Made by a program: the position numbers and the translations under genes
NCBI GenBank assembly: GCA_039096225.1
Contig: JBBPEB010000013.1
Span: 62,001-126,000, forward strand
Direction of reading: 5' to 3'
Length of the DNA: 64,000 nucleotides
Source of the DNA: Blastocystis sp. Blastoise
Taxonomy: Eukaryota > Protista > Bigyra: Opalinata
Notes under the pieces: generated by a model
Told to the model about the DNA's origin: nothing
Seen by the model: the letters and a program-made list of their open reading frames with translations, nothing else
Database searches by the model: none
In this document: positions 33,332 to 60,048 of the stretch, one piece after another
Layout: the number at the start of each line of letters is the position of its first letter
How positions within the stretch are numbered: position 1 is the stretch's first letter

Positions 33332-36300
33332 TTAAATAGAAGCGATAAGTCCGGATATTTTATCATCATCAACAACAGGACTCTTTGTATAATGCTTTCG
33401 TTTCTTTTGAACAGATAATCGTCGTCTATAGATACAGAAAACAACAACTCCTGCAATTAAGCAGAGTAAAATACCTATAACAATATATGCTATAGTCATC
33501 ATAGTAGGATCATAAAAAGGAGGTAAACAATTAAAAGAAAGTTCAGCTGATGATTGGCCTGCGTCATTCGTTACATATACAGTAAATTCACTTACTGTAC
33601 ACATATTTTTCAAAGTACCACTAATAACACCTGTATATCGATTTAACGAAAGGCCTTCTGGAAGAGAAGGTTCAATTGTTATTCTATATCCTGCAGCAGG
33701 AATCTCAGGACGATCGGTACTATTATATTCACCCACACGGAAATCATAAATTTGACTTCTATATAGAGGAGCTTCAGGAATCATAACTGTACACATATCT
33801 TTTTCTTCAGTAAGTGTTCCTTGATAGCATTCTTTATAATAATAACCACTAAAATAAGAAGGACAATCACGATAACTTTTTTGTCCTTCTAAAACACCAG
33901 CATATTGATCATCACCTAAACAATACATACCTAATCGAACAGCATATAATTCGACTTCTGCAGCTTCTATTCCCGTAGAACAACTACTACTCTCCATAAA
34001 TAACTTATACATTCTATAACTACGATCATTAAAGAAATCAAAAGAAACAGTTCCTTCTTTTGTACCATATCGACCAAATTTAATATTATGACCTATATAT
34101 AATGTAGTCCATTGTTCATTATCTTGACTAGCTACTAATTTAAAGGAATCAGGTATCTTTTCTTCAGAATTACCACGAGTAAAAGCTAAACGAGATATAT
34201 ATTCCTTACGTTTATCTGTATAAGTATAAGTTAAACTGATTTCTCCATCACAAGTATCTGCATAATATTTAGTAGTATAACTACCATCAAAAGCCATAGG
34301 AGCACGTTCATCTCTTGTTTCATCTTGATATCCTGGAATACTACTAGTTACTAGACCTTCAGTTACTTTCTTTGTATTATTAAATCCTAATATTAATGAA
34401 CCATCAAAAGTAAGTTCAGAAGTATCATCATAACGATGTATTTCAACTCCTAATATATTCTGACCTAATATTAATGAACCAAATTGAATACTACCACTTA
34501 CAAATAAATGTTTAGCATTAATAAATGTATCTGTAGCTAATGTATTACAATCATAATCTTCAGGAAGATTATTTGAATATATATGATGACCATTTATAGA
34601 TATACCTACACCAGCTTTGACATTTACCATAATATGATATGTAACATAAGGATCTAATTCTGTAATAAGGAAAGTAGAACGATAATAAGTAGTAACACCA
34701 GATAATGATTTAAAACCTCCAGGAATATCATCATTCCATTCACCATCATCAAATTCAGCTTCTGCCCAATCTGAAGGAGCATCACCTTGAGGCCAAGACA
34801 TATATTTCCAATGAGTAGCATAAGGATAAATTATATATACAGCATTAATTTGAATCGTCTTAGGAGATTCACCATAACGACATGTATCTGTTTGTAATAT
34901 ATATCCATCTTCTTGTAAAATAGATACTTTTCCACTACCCCATCCATCATTACTATCATCTAATAATACTAAATCATATATATTTGCATCTAAACACATA
35001 GTATGATACCATTGATCTATATTGACAGGGAATTTCTCAATAGCTTCAATAACTTCACCTTTTGTATTTAATACTTTAAATCCATTTTGACTACTATCTT
35101 CAGTCATATGTTCAAAGAATAATGTTAATAACATATTTGGCATATGACATTTTTGTGTTATAATCATGAGGGATACAGAGGATTGTGTTCCATCAGGAGC
35201 AGTAGCATAGATAGTATAAGTAGCATTACTTGTAGTAGTTGGAATACCAGAAATAATACCAGTTCCAGTAGAGATAGAAAGACCAGAAGGAAGAGTAGGA
35301 GAAACAGTAAAATTACGATAATATTCAGAAGAAGGAATTCCACTAGATATTTGAGATCCTATATATCCTATTATAGTATTTTTATCATATGAAAGTGAAG
35401 GAACATGAATTTGACGATAATCAACAGAATAGAAGAAAAGTTCAGTAACCGCACAAATACTACCACCATAAGCAGAAACACAATTAAATCGATAACTATT
35501 ATAAGATTGTTTTTGATTTGGTACATAGAAACATTGTTTATCACTATATTTTGTGAATACAATATTATCTTCTGTATCAATTGTAGTCCATGTTTCTCCA
35601 TCATTAGAAGCAGAAATAAACCATGATTTAGGGTCATATTCATGTTTATTCCAATGAGATCCTACACAATATTTATTCATTATTTCTTTAGAATAATGAA
35701 GATATGTTCCTTGTATATATTGAGGAGAAGGATGTTCACTAGTAAATTCAGTACCCCAATAAGTATACATATTATTATCAAAAGCCATAGAACCTCTTGT
35801 GTTACTATCAAGACTAGAGGATTCAGTTGCAGTAATACCATAAGTACGTGTGTTAAGATGAGATGTAAAAGATAATTGAAGCATACTATCATAATCAATA
35901 ATAAGAGAATTTAATGTTTGAGGAACAACAACAACAGCTATAATATGATCTCCCGCGGGGAGAGCATCCATTAAAGTAGTTGTATATCTCCAAGGACTAG
36001 GATTTGTTTCTGATTCTCCTTGAGTAGCAATAGTAGTAGGAGTAATAGAAGCAGATGGATTTTCAATATTAGCTGAATAGATAAGTATACCATCTACATA
36101 AACAAGTGCACCTGCTCTACAACGGAAATAAAACTGATAAGACTGAGCATTCGTAACATCAGTGACAGTAAATTTCTGACGATAATATAAAGGTCCAGAT
36201 GCAGAAAGAGAAGAAGAAGAAGGTATATAATTAGTCCAATTAGAATCATCAAATGAAGTAGACATCCAATCAGATGGAGCAGAGGTTGTAGAATTAGCTA

Positions 36301-37199
36301 ATAATTTGATTTGAGAACGAGTTTCATATTTTGCAGTGAAATTAAATTGTTCTTTATCTTTTTTCCATAATGAATATTTCGATATATCAAATTTAGAAGC
36401 TCCTTTATAAAGACTAAGAAGAAGATAACTATTCATAGACCATCCATTATTACTATTTGAAGAAGCTTCTATAGAATAAATACCTTGAGGAATACAAAAA
36501 TGAGTTGTTTTCTGATAATAGGACTGAGTAAATATAGGAACAGTGATATCATTAAATACAACTTCTCCATGATTATTCAATAAAGAATACTGTTCTTCTT
36601 GACCTTCTCCAATATTTGAAGTTGATTTCAATAAAGAAAGATGTATATCTGAACCTCCACATTCTTTAGATTTAATAGAAATAAAATATGTTTGAAGATT
36701 ATTATAAATAAAAATATAATAGAATAATGTAAATTATTGATTATATAAAATAACCTTTTATGAATAAAAAATAATAATAATAAATAGTATATAAGAAGAA
36801 TAATATTTTCAAAGAATAATAATAACAATAATATATAGATACCTTTAACTTGTAGATGAATAATAATAGTTTGAGGTGATTGATTAGGAATAGATTTATA
36901 TGTACCATTAATAGTATATGTAAGAAGTTCTGTAGTTGCCGAGGGATATCCATATATAATACCGCTGTTCACATCAAATGATAATCCCTCAGGCATTTGA
37001 GAGGGAGATATGGAGAAACTGGAGAAACCACTGACAATTGGTGTTTCTCGTACATAATTCATATACTTATAGAAGACGAAAGAGGAAGAAGAATAAGCAA
37101 GAACAGCCTTTTCTGGAGTTGTATTCTCTGCATATAAATAGATTTCAGCAATTTCACCTGTTGTACCTACTAATACCTTATCTATATATTTATATTATT

Positions 37200-37255
<56 letters not shown>

Positions 37256-39733
37256 TTTTATATATTTATTATAATTCCATAAGATAGAGAATATAACGAA
37301 TATATATATAATTTACATATTTAAAAATAGATGAATACACTAATATATATATATATATATATATACTGAAGACGAATAGATATTCATTGAATGCCTTCAT
37401 ATTCGTATTAAGAGTGAATGTATGAGCAACATCTTCATCTGTTGAATATTTGACGTTACTCTGTACATCAAGGATATAGAATTTATCACTAACCGTATCA
37501 TAACCGTACAGTATCCAAGATGTCGGAGCATGCGTCAGATCCGTTGAAGGGACTAGAGTATACTTACTTATCCATTCCTTTCTATATATATATTATTATT
37601 ATTATTATTATATAGCAATATAAATATAATAATAAATATTTTTATTATATAGCAATATAAATATAAATATAAAATATTATTATTATTATATAGCAATATA
37701 AATATAAATAATAAATATTATTATTATTATATTGCAATATAAATATAAATAATAATAATAAGTATTTTTCTTATTATATACCTATCATTATAATATTGAT
37801 AGCTAGCTGCTCCTTGATTAATATCAAAGGACCAAATAGTATCACGATTATCATCAAATGCCTTCTCAATAGACGTCTCTCCCGCGGTTATTCTGTTATT
37901 TGAAGCAGGTTCTATAGGGTCTTTGTATATATAAGGAGTACCTTCCAAAACACGATAACTAGTAGCTATAATAAAAGAGATATACTTATATATTTATTTA
38001 TATTATTATAGAAGAAGAATTTATTTTAAAAATAATTATGAACGGAAATACAGTAATGAATAATATTTATATATATATTTATAAATATATTTATATAATA
38101 TATAAGATAATATAAATATTATAATAAATACTATAATAAATATTATAATAATAAATATTTTAATAATAAATATAATAATAAATAATAAATATAATAATAT
38201 AATAATAAACATATAATAATATTAGCATACGTCCTGTGATAAAGACAGCAAATCCTTGGAAATAATCGGTATTGTCGGGTTTATCGTTGGTTTGAGACTT
38301 TGTGAGGGAGGAATGATGTGGTTTCTTGGTAGGGAGATCTGGATTCTCTACATAGGTATGGACTTCAACAGCAATAGTAATAGAATCCGTAGTTAATAAA
38401 CCACCATGAACAGGAATAGTGACTCTATATATAGTATTAATGAATAAATATAATTAGTGATATAATAGTATATATATAATAAGAGCTAGAATATCTTTAA
38501 TACATAATATATAAACCATAAATATATATATAGATATACTTTTTAAATAAAGGTTCTGATTCACCATAAATAGCAGGATCAAAAGAATAGATATTTCTAT
38601 AGAGTTTTAGTTATTATTTTTTATGTTTTTTATTATTTAGAAAAGCATAGAATAATAAATAAAGATATATAAAATGAAAACAAGTTAAACAAGTAATTAT
38701 TTATTATATAATAATAATAATAATAATTCTATACCCTTCTTGCATGTTGCTTCTATAGACTTCATTTCCATTAATATATAAAATAAGTCCATTCTTCGTA
38801 AATATACCGAATTCAACAATACTAAACAATTGATAATCAATTTCAGGCTTAAACGCAGTACGGTAATAACGTGTAACTCCAGTAAGATCAGGGAAGTCTC
38901 CTTTCTTACCTGTAGACCATTTTGAATCATCAAAAGATGGACTGATCCAATCATTACCTGATTGATCAAGATCTGTATAACTCCATTTACTATCAGCAGT
39001 AATAAAGGTATGAGCTATATATACAGAATCAAATAATAAAAACTAATTATATTCACAAAAATAATGAAATAAAAACAAAATAAAATAATGATAATACAAG
39101 CAAAATAAAATAATGAAATAAAAACAAAATAATAATAATGATAATACAAGCAAAATAAAATAATGAAATAAAAACAAAATAATAATAATGATAATACAAG
39201 CAACAAGAATAATAATAAAAAAAAACAGCAACAAAAATAATTATATACGATAAAAAGGCCATTCTTGTCGAGAATAATAATCTAATGTTCCTTTAAGAAG
39301 AACCACACTATTTTCAACCATTAATTCAAATGTAGATCCATATTCCCATCCATCATTCTTTCTTTATAAAGAATAAAAAATAATAATTAATTTTTTTTAT
39401 ACAAGATATATATATATATATACGAATCAATAGCTACTAATACGTGATTGACTTGTTTTAAACAAAGTTCATAAAATACAACTTGATTTTCTTTGTTAAG
39501 ACCAGTAAAAGAATAAACCATTTCACCTTGACTAGTACTATTTTCCCATATTTGAACAGTTTCTTGTGTACTTTTGGCTTTGTATGTACGTTTTAATAAG
39601 AATTTCTCTTTTGGATAAGGACAAGTAATTGATTGAGCTCTTACTATATGGATATTAAATGAACTAAAATATTCCAAAACTTACCGTATCCAATAAAGAT
39701 AAATAAAAGCAGTAAATTATACAGGATATGCAT
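33332..39733 (-). CDS. Large type-I membrane surface protein with three repeats of [beta-sandwich / galactose-binding-like / F5/8-type C (discoidin) / He_PIG-type Ig]
   Basis: Signal peptide MHILYNLLLLFIFIGYVRAQ after removing the 41-nt intron 39644-39684. Repeated motifs D..DGW..G, DW....FDD..W, AFD....T.W and P.LP.GLS.....G.I.G.P. TM helix IAYIVIGILLCLIAGVVVFCIY followed by a basic tail. Nine introns, then a single 3.3-kb last exon. Confidence 0.82.
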
Positions 39734-40573
39734 ATTTATCGAAATAAAAAAAAATGAACTGGATAAAAACCAAATCTTTTTGTCTCTTTTTGTTTTAATC
39801 ATTTTTATTGTTTTTTTCAGAAAGACAATGAGATTGAAGGTTGAAAAAAAGAAATAATCAAGAAAGTGGATATTCATGATTAAACAAAAATATTCTGGAG
39901 AATATTAACTATATTCACGAATTTTTTATTTATTTTCTTTTAAGTTAAATCAATTTTATTTCTACAGATTCTTCTTAATACAACATTCGTGACTATTTAA
40001 TTTAGTCTATCGTTGAAAAGGCTCCTTAGTAAACCTATTAATTATTTTATTTTATTAAAAGAATTATTTTTATGTAACAATTTCATAATAAAAATGCCTT
40101 AAATTATAATTATAGTGATTATGATAAGGTTTGTGCTATTTAAAATATTAATAAATATAAAAAAATGTTATATAACATAAACATTTCCTAACAATCTTGA
40201 AAAAAGATAGAACTACGTATAAAAACATATTCTTATTTGGTTTTGTATTGAAGAAACGATATACAGTTCATGTGTATATGTTAGGAAATAAGAAACATAA
40301 AACAAAATGAAAAAAAAACTTCGAAAAAGTAATTATATGTATATATACGAATAAAAAAAGCCCCTATGAATATATGATACATATATATAAAGAAATAAAT
40401 TCAAAAGTTTAAAAAAATTTCTAGAATATAAAATGAAAAAGAAAGAGCATCCAATTAATTCTTAAAAAGTAGAAAAATTAAATAATATATATAATCCCCT
40501 AAAAAAAAATTTAAAAGTAAAAAAGAGATTAAGTTGATATATATATATATGTAAATAGAGTTTATATGAAGTA

Positions 40574-42453
40574 TTAATCATCCTCAATATTGAAAATATG
40601 TTGTGAAATGAAATGATATATAGTATATTGAATACCCGCTAAAGGAGCCAGTTGTACCATCTTTACTGATAAACCAGCGTAAAAAGCACGAAGACCCTCC
40701 TAAATAGGGTATATTATAGTGTTTATTTATGTTTATTTAATATTTATTTAATATTTATTTAATTTTTTTTAATATTTATTTAATATTTATTTAATTTTTT
40801 TTAATATTTATTTAATATTTATTTAATATTTATTTAATAATTATTTAAAATAAATATAAATATGATGAATATACTATTTATTGATTATATATATATAAAA
40901 ATATATATATAAATATATATACAATTTTATACACAGTTTTCATGATATCAAAGAAACCCTTGTATTTATAAAGATCACTATATATATAAATATTTGTATT
41001 GTTAGTTTTCCATAATATATAATTCGTTATATATATATATATATATACTTTCTTCCATTCTGACAGAAGAGCCTGCACGTGATCATATCTAACGGATTCG
41101 AGACACAACAAGCCATAGCACCTGCCATCAGTCCATAAACCATATCTTCAACAGCCTAAAGAATAAAGAGTATATATATATATATATATAAACGTTATAA
41201 ATTATATACAACTATATAATTTGTCTAAATAATCTTATATAATTTATATATATACACTAATATGATGATTCCCAGTAATATATTTCGAGAATCGTTTTAA
41301 TTCTTCATAGAAGAGAAACTGGAAGCCAGACTGACAACAATCAGTAGCAATACAAGAAAAATAGCTTTATATATATATTGAATATATAGAGAGGTTTATA
41401 TTTATAGAAGAGAGTATTGAATGTTTATATATATATACCCTTGGTATAGACCTCTGAATCCTTCCTTCCTACAGACTTCACGCACACCATATAAGGCATT
41501 AGGATATATACGACTATTATGTTTCTCTATAAGATATATATATATAATGAGAATAATAATAAATATAATAAAAAAAAAATTTAATAAATAGAATAAATAT
41601 AAATATAAATATAAATATAAATATAATAAAATATAATAAATATAATAATAAATACTTAAAGGATTAAATCGTTGTCCCCAAGTGCTTCCTACCTGCATTC
41701 TTGCTTTCACCATTTCAAAAGGTACATATATGAAAGAACTACAAATTTCACTTGACATACCTATATATATAAACATATATAAACATATATAAACATATAT
41801 AAACTATATATAAACTATATAAACAAATATAAACTATATAAACTAGATATACACTATATAAACAAATATAAACTATATAAACATATATAAACAAATATAA
41901 ACATATATAAACAACTACTTTAAACAATTACCACTAAACTTTAAAAAAACATAATGATTATTACAATTAAATATCAATAATATATAGAACATACCTGCTA
42001 CAAGATATACGATAGAATGAAATTGAGGAGGTAAATAGCGTGTTCCTAATCTCTTTACGGTTTCATAAGCTGTAAAATAAACACCTTTTGCAGGCAAAGA
42101 TGACCAAATAATAGTATCTATTCCTCTATAAAATGCAACCACCCCTTCTATATATAAATTTATTATAAATAATAACTACAACAAAAAATAAATAAAACTT
42201 TTCATAATATGTTTTTACTTACCATATTTAACAATTTGACTGACAGTACGTACAAAACCAAGATTTGACATTCCTCCTACTTTCATTCTTGTACTTAACG
42301 TTTCTGTAGGAAACATAATCGACTCTGCTATACCTCCTGAGATTGTACCACTTAGGAATGTCTCTAAAATATATTTTTTAAGAAAAATAATATATATTCA
42401 CTCCAAATAGGACGACCTTTCCTGTGTAATTCTAATATTTCATCATTGTCCAT
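40574..42453 (-). CDS. Mitochondrial carrier family (SLC25) protein; substrate uncertain, possibly SAM-carrier-like
   Basis: Three carrier repeats FPTETLSTRMK, VPFEMVKARMQ, NPLDMITCRL and three EG...FYRG/LYQG/FYAG motifs. ATG 42453, TAA 40574-40576. Confidence 0.88.
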
Positions 42454-43087
42454 AAAATATATATTTAAAAATCGATAATAATCATATTAACCTTTCAGAA
42501 ACCAAGATCAAAAATATTTTATATCAAATATTTATCTCTTTAACAGTTTCTATAAAAAAACAATAATCATTTTTATTTCTAAGAAGATGGTTTTCCCTGA
42601 GAAAAAAGAATTTCTACACATAATTTTGTATTTATGGAGAAATGACGTTTTAAGCTTCAGATTTATAAAAAAATTAAAAATCATTTTTTATAGAGGTTTC
42701 TATGATTTTTTAATCAATACGAATGGTTTTTATGAAAATAATCGAAAATAACTGGTTCAACTGTGGTTTTTATACAAGTCATGGAAGCATTTAAAAAAAC
42801 ATGAAAAACAAAAGAACAATCGTTTTCCTTTTTTTGAATAAAAAAGACTTTGCTAAATAATTTAACTTATTTAACACTCAAAAACTATTTGTTTTTAGAA
42901 ACTCTTTAAGTATATATAAAAATTTAAATCTTTTAAACGCTCATTGATCATATCTATTCTTTTTGTTACTCTATTTAGCCTCAAACTAACAGTAAATCTT
43001 TTCCATTATAATGTATATTTCATATTCTATGATTAACTAATCATTCTTATTATTTTATTTTAGATTGACTTTTTTATTGTAGCACTC

Positions 43088-46846
<3,759 letters not shown>

Positions 46847-47158
46847 ACTAGTTTTTGTCTTGATAGGAATATAATGAAATATACTATTTCATTTCTTCTT
46901 TTTCTTAATTTTAAAAATCATTTTATTATTTTTTTATTTTAGTTGTTTTTATGAATCATATTGAATACTCTTAACAATGGTGAGAACCATCATTATATAT
47001 ATATATATATGAAACAAAATAAAAGAGAGGCAGCAGAGGTTATTCTTTTTTAAAAAAAGAAAAAATATAATAAACGCACTACAAGACATAAATAAAGCAT
47101 ATCAACAGATAGTTATAAATAAAATGAATTTTATTTAATAAATGTGAATAAATATATC

Positions 47159-49852
<2,694 letters not shown>

Positions 49853-50897
49853 CGTATATAATATTACAAGACTTATTGGATATAAAAACAAATCTGAGTT
49901 TAATTAGAAAATCATAAAACCGAACCAAAAGAATTGACTTCGTCATCTTAATGCGTCACTCAGAAAATGAAAGTCCTACACTTTTCATGTTTATTTGAAG
50001 AAGAACAATCAATTTTCTCACATAATCACGGGAGCCTACTTCATTACTTCATTTATGCCGTTTAACCTCAACCAATCTTCTTTTGCTCTTTCTAGAAACA
50101 CATTCAAAGACCATTTTAAGATATTGCTGGCAATCATTTATGTATTATTTATATTTGAAACATGCTATTTTGTTATTTGATTCATAAGTGTATCTCCTAT
50201 AATAAACAAAAACAGTTTGAGTCTAACAATTAGCATTGATTCAATTCTTATTTATTTGTTTTCATCTATATACATATGTGGTAAACTTATTCTCAATGTA
50301 TTTGAAACAATTTTATACATTAATATCTGTTTTCTTTTACTAATATTGTGAATTTTTTTCTGTTTTGCATTATGCGATAATTATTTAAGAATTTAGCAAA
50401 CACACTCTATCGGTTATGCATAGAGAACACAGGGTTGTCATATATTTTTTAAAGTGTCCATGAAAAACATATTTCATTATTTTATTAGGATGAAAACAAA
50501 TAAATAACAATATTCAACAACATAATGTGTTATTTTACCATGATAATTGAGCAAAGATAAATATGTTTCGTTAGATTAATGAAAAAGTAAAAAAGTAAAA
50601 CACATAGATATCACTTTCTCGCATGCATACAATATATTACTAATAATTTGGGATAATTATAGCACAGTTATTACAAAATGGAACACATTAATCTCTTTGA
50701 ACAACTTTTGTTTTTGTAATTAAACACTTTTTAAAAGCAATACGTTGATCTATACGTATTAGAAATCTATTTTACAGTTATTTCTTGATCAATCCAAATA
50801 TATAAACACATAAACACAAAGAATAATCTTGAAAGAAAAATTTCATCTGTTTTTACAACATCAAAAGCAAAACAACTTTTTGTTTCTAAGGAAAATT

Positions 50898-57422
<6,525 letters not shown>

Positions 57423-58320
57423 TATTTATTTGTTTTCTTATTTATTTTTATATATGTCATATTATTCTTTGGGAATTATTCTTTTATTTATTGTTTTTAT
57501 TGGTATCATCCAAGTCAATCTTGTTTTTTTTATATTTCTTTTCTCTGATTACTTATTAAAACAAATTCTACAAAGAATTGACATACACATTTGTATGATT
57601 TATATGAAAAATTTAACGTAAATCATTTTCTTTTGACGATTATATTATATAGCTCTTCACATGTCATTTATAAAATTATTTCTCGTCCTATTCATGTAAT
57701 TAAAATTGAAAGAGGAAGGTATAATTAAACAAATTATTTTCTTTTCTTAAAACCTATTGATTTAAATCTTTTCATATTTTAAAGATCAATTCAATATGAA
57801 TATTCAATTAGATCAGTTGTTTAATAAGAAAATGATCAAACAAAGAGAAGATTAGTTTTTCTTTTAAAGATAATGAAAGAGGAAGTGTATGAATATAAAC
57901 GTATAATTGGATAGAATTTCAAAGTGATCCAATCAAAGTGGATATTCTCATAAGTATTGTTCCCTACGGAATATAATGTAGAATTCTGAGAGAAAACAGA
58001 AAATAGAGCCAGAAAAAAAGTTGGTAAGAAATTTTTTGTTACCATTCAAATCTAAAGAAAACCTTGGTTTTAGTTAAGGATGAATCTCCAAAAAAGATGG
58101 CGGGATTTGGAAGAAGATGAGAATAATCAGGAATATCTGTCTTTCCTGACTGTATTCTAAAAGTGTTTCATTTACAGAATGAACACAAGAGACGGAAGTG
58201 CGAAGAGTAGAAATTTAAAAAGAAGTTAATTATCTTTTCCTTATTCATCAAGTGTATGTGTGACTAAAGCATTTTAAAAGTTGAGATGAATATCTTTATA
58301 TAGTAATTATTTAAAAAATC

Positions 58321-59396
58321 ATGAAGTACTTAGATTATCCTAATGTTACTGCACTATGTACAAGAATCAATGGATTATCAATAGGTGATGTTTCATTGAG
58401 GATAAACATCATTCCCTTCTCATGTAAACGTGTAGGAGATGATAAAAAGGAATCTAAGAAGATCGAGAACGATATGATGAGAGAAAATGATTTATATTTT
58501 GCCAATTCACCAAAAGGTAAGTGATTTTATTCAATTGTTAGTTTTCCTTATAAATTGAGTATTCAAAGTTGTTTTTTATTCAACATATAAGATTTGAAAT
58601 ATTTATGAATTCATATAGGATGCTGTGTAGATCAAAGTATCAGTAAAATTTATGCTAATTTGGTACAAACGTTGAATGCTACCTTTCCTGATTATGATTT
58701 CTCGTAAGTCATCTATATTATTATTTAATTTATTCATAATATGTTATATATATATATATATATGTTTAGTAATGTACAACCTGATTCTTTTGTTTATCAG
58801 AATAATATTGGACTTGTTATGAATACTGTAAATAGATTTATGTCTCAAATTTATGAATTACAATCTGAACATATTTTAGAAGATATTTGGGAATCAATCG
58901 ATAAAATCGTTGTTTTAAAGGAATGTACAATATATAGTTATGTACCTGATGTGAGTACAGACCCTATGGGAGATAATAATATGTATTTTTATTGTTAATT
59001 ATATTATTATTGTGATTATTGTGATTATTATATTATTAATATTATATTTATTATTAATATTATATTTATTATTAATATTATATTTATTATTAATATTATA
59101 TTTATTCTTTTCTTTATCAATATAATAATAATAATAATTATTATTATTATTATTTTTTCAATAATATTCTTATTTCCTCTATATGAATAATTTTTACTTT
59201 ATATTTTAAATAATATCTTTATATATATAGATGGTCTTTTAATTATTTCTTCTATAATAATAAATTAAAAAAACTTGTATATTTTACATGTTCATGTAGG
59301 AGTCAATTTTCTAGAACTGAATCAACTGTTTTCCAAAATACTGGCTTTCCAGACGATGAGGATGAAATGGATGATGAGGATTACATTGAGTGGTAA
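58321..59396 (+). CDS. MAF1: RNA polymerase III repressor MAF1, 3 introns
   Basis: MKYLD...FSCKRVGDDKK (A box), LVQTLNATFPDYDFS (B box), IWESID...ECTIYSYVPD...DP...IWSFNYFFYNNKLKKLVYF (C box), acidic tail. TAA 59394-59396. Confidence 0.93.
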
Positions 59397-59868
59397 ACCT
59401 ATTTTCTCTCTTTTACATTTATTCTATATTTTGTGTGTCTTTTTTGTTTCTTGTAGTTTTATTTCCTTTGCTTATATGAATCATTATTTAAAAAAATCAA
59501 TAAATGAATAAAAATTACATATACTATTTGTTTTGTTATTCTTTAAGGATCTTCCTTTTTATTATAAACGAAAACAAATAGTATAATATTCAATTGTTTT
59601 TTAATTAACAAAAAAAACTCTTTTAAACAATACAACACATTCAAACATAGCATACGAAATAATCCATACACTAAATTATTATTATTAAAAAAAAAGAGAA
59701 AAAGGAAAACCTATTTTAAATATCTGAAAGATAGATATATAGATCCACAAAGCAATAGAGCAATTATCATACATAAATATATAGAATACAAGAAAAACAT
59801 AGACTTCATTAAACATATAAACTATGCTCATAAAAACAAATTCCACAGCAAATAAGTGAACAAATCAA

Positions 59869-60048
59869 TTAGTTCTTTTCATCATCAGCTTCAGGAGTTT
59901 GATAAGCAGGATCATTCTTATCCATAGGAGGAATATCTTCTTCATCACCAGGTTTACCCCAAGTATATTTACCACCAGCACCATCTTTCTTTACTTCACC
60001 ACGAGTACCAGTACGAGAAACATGTCTATCAAATTCTTTCTTAGCCAT
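59869..60048 (-). CDS. 59-aa microprotein of the Stf2/Tma10-SERBP1(HABP4)-PDCD4 N-terminal motif type; not in the ORF track
   Basis: MAKKEFDRHVSRTGTRGEVKKDGAGGKYTWGKPGDEEDIPPMDKNDPAYQTPEADDEKN*. An in-frame TAA lies 12 nt upstream of the ATG. Raised GC and GGT/GCT/CGT codon use resemble the PGM gene. Confidence 0.8.
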   Translation of the reverse strand: MAKKEFDRHVSRTGTRGEVKKDGAGGKYTWGKPGDEEDIPPMDKNDPAYQTPEADDEKN

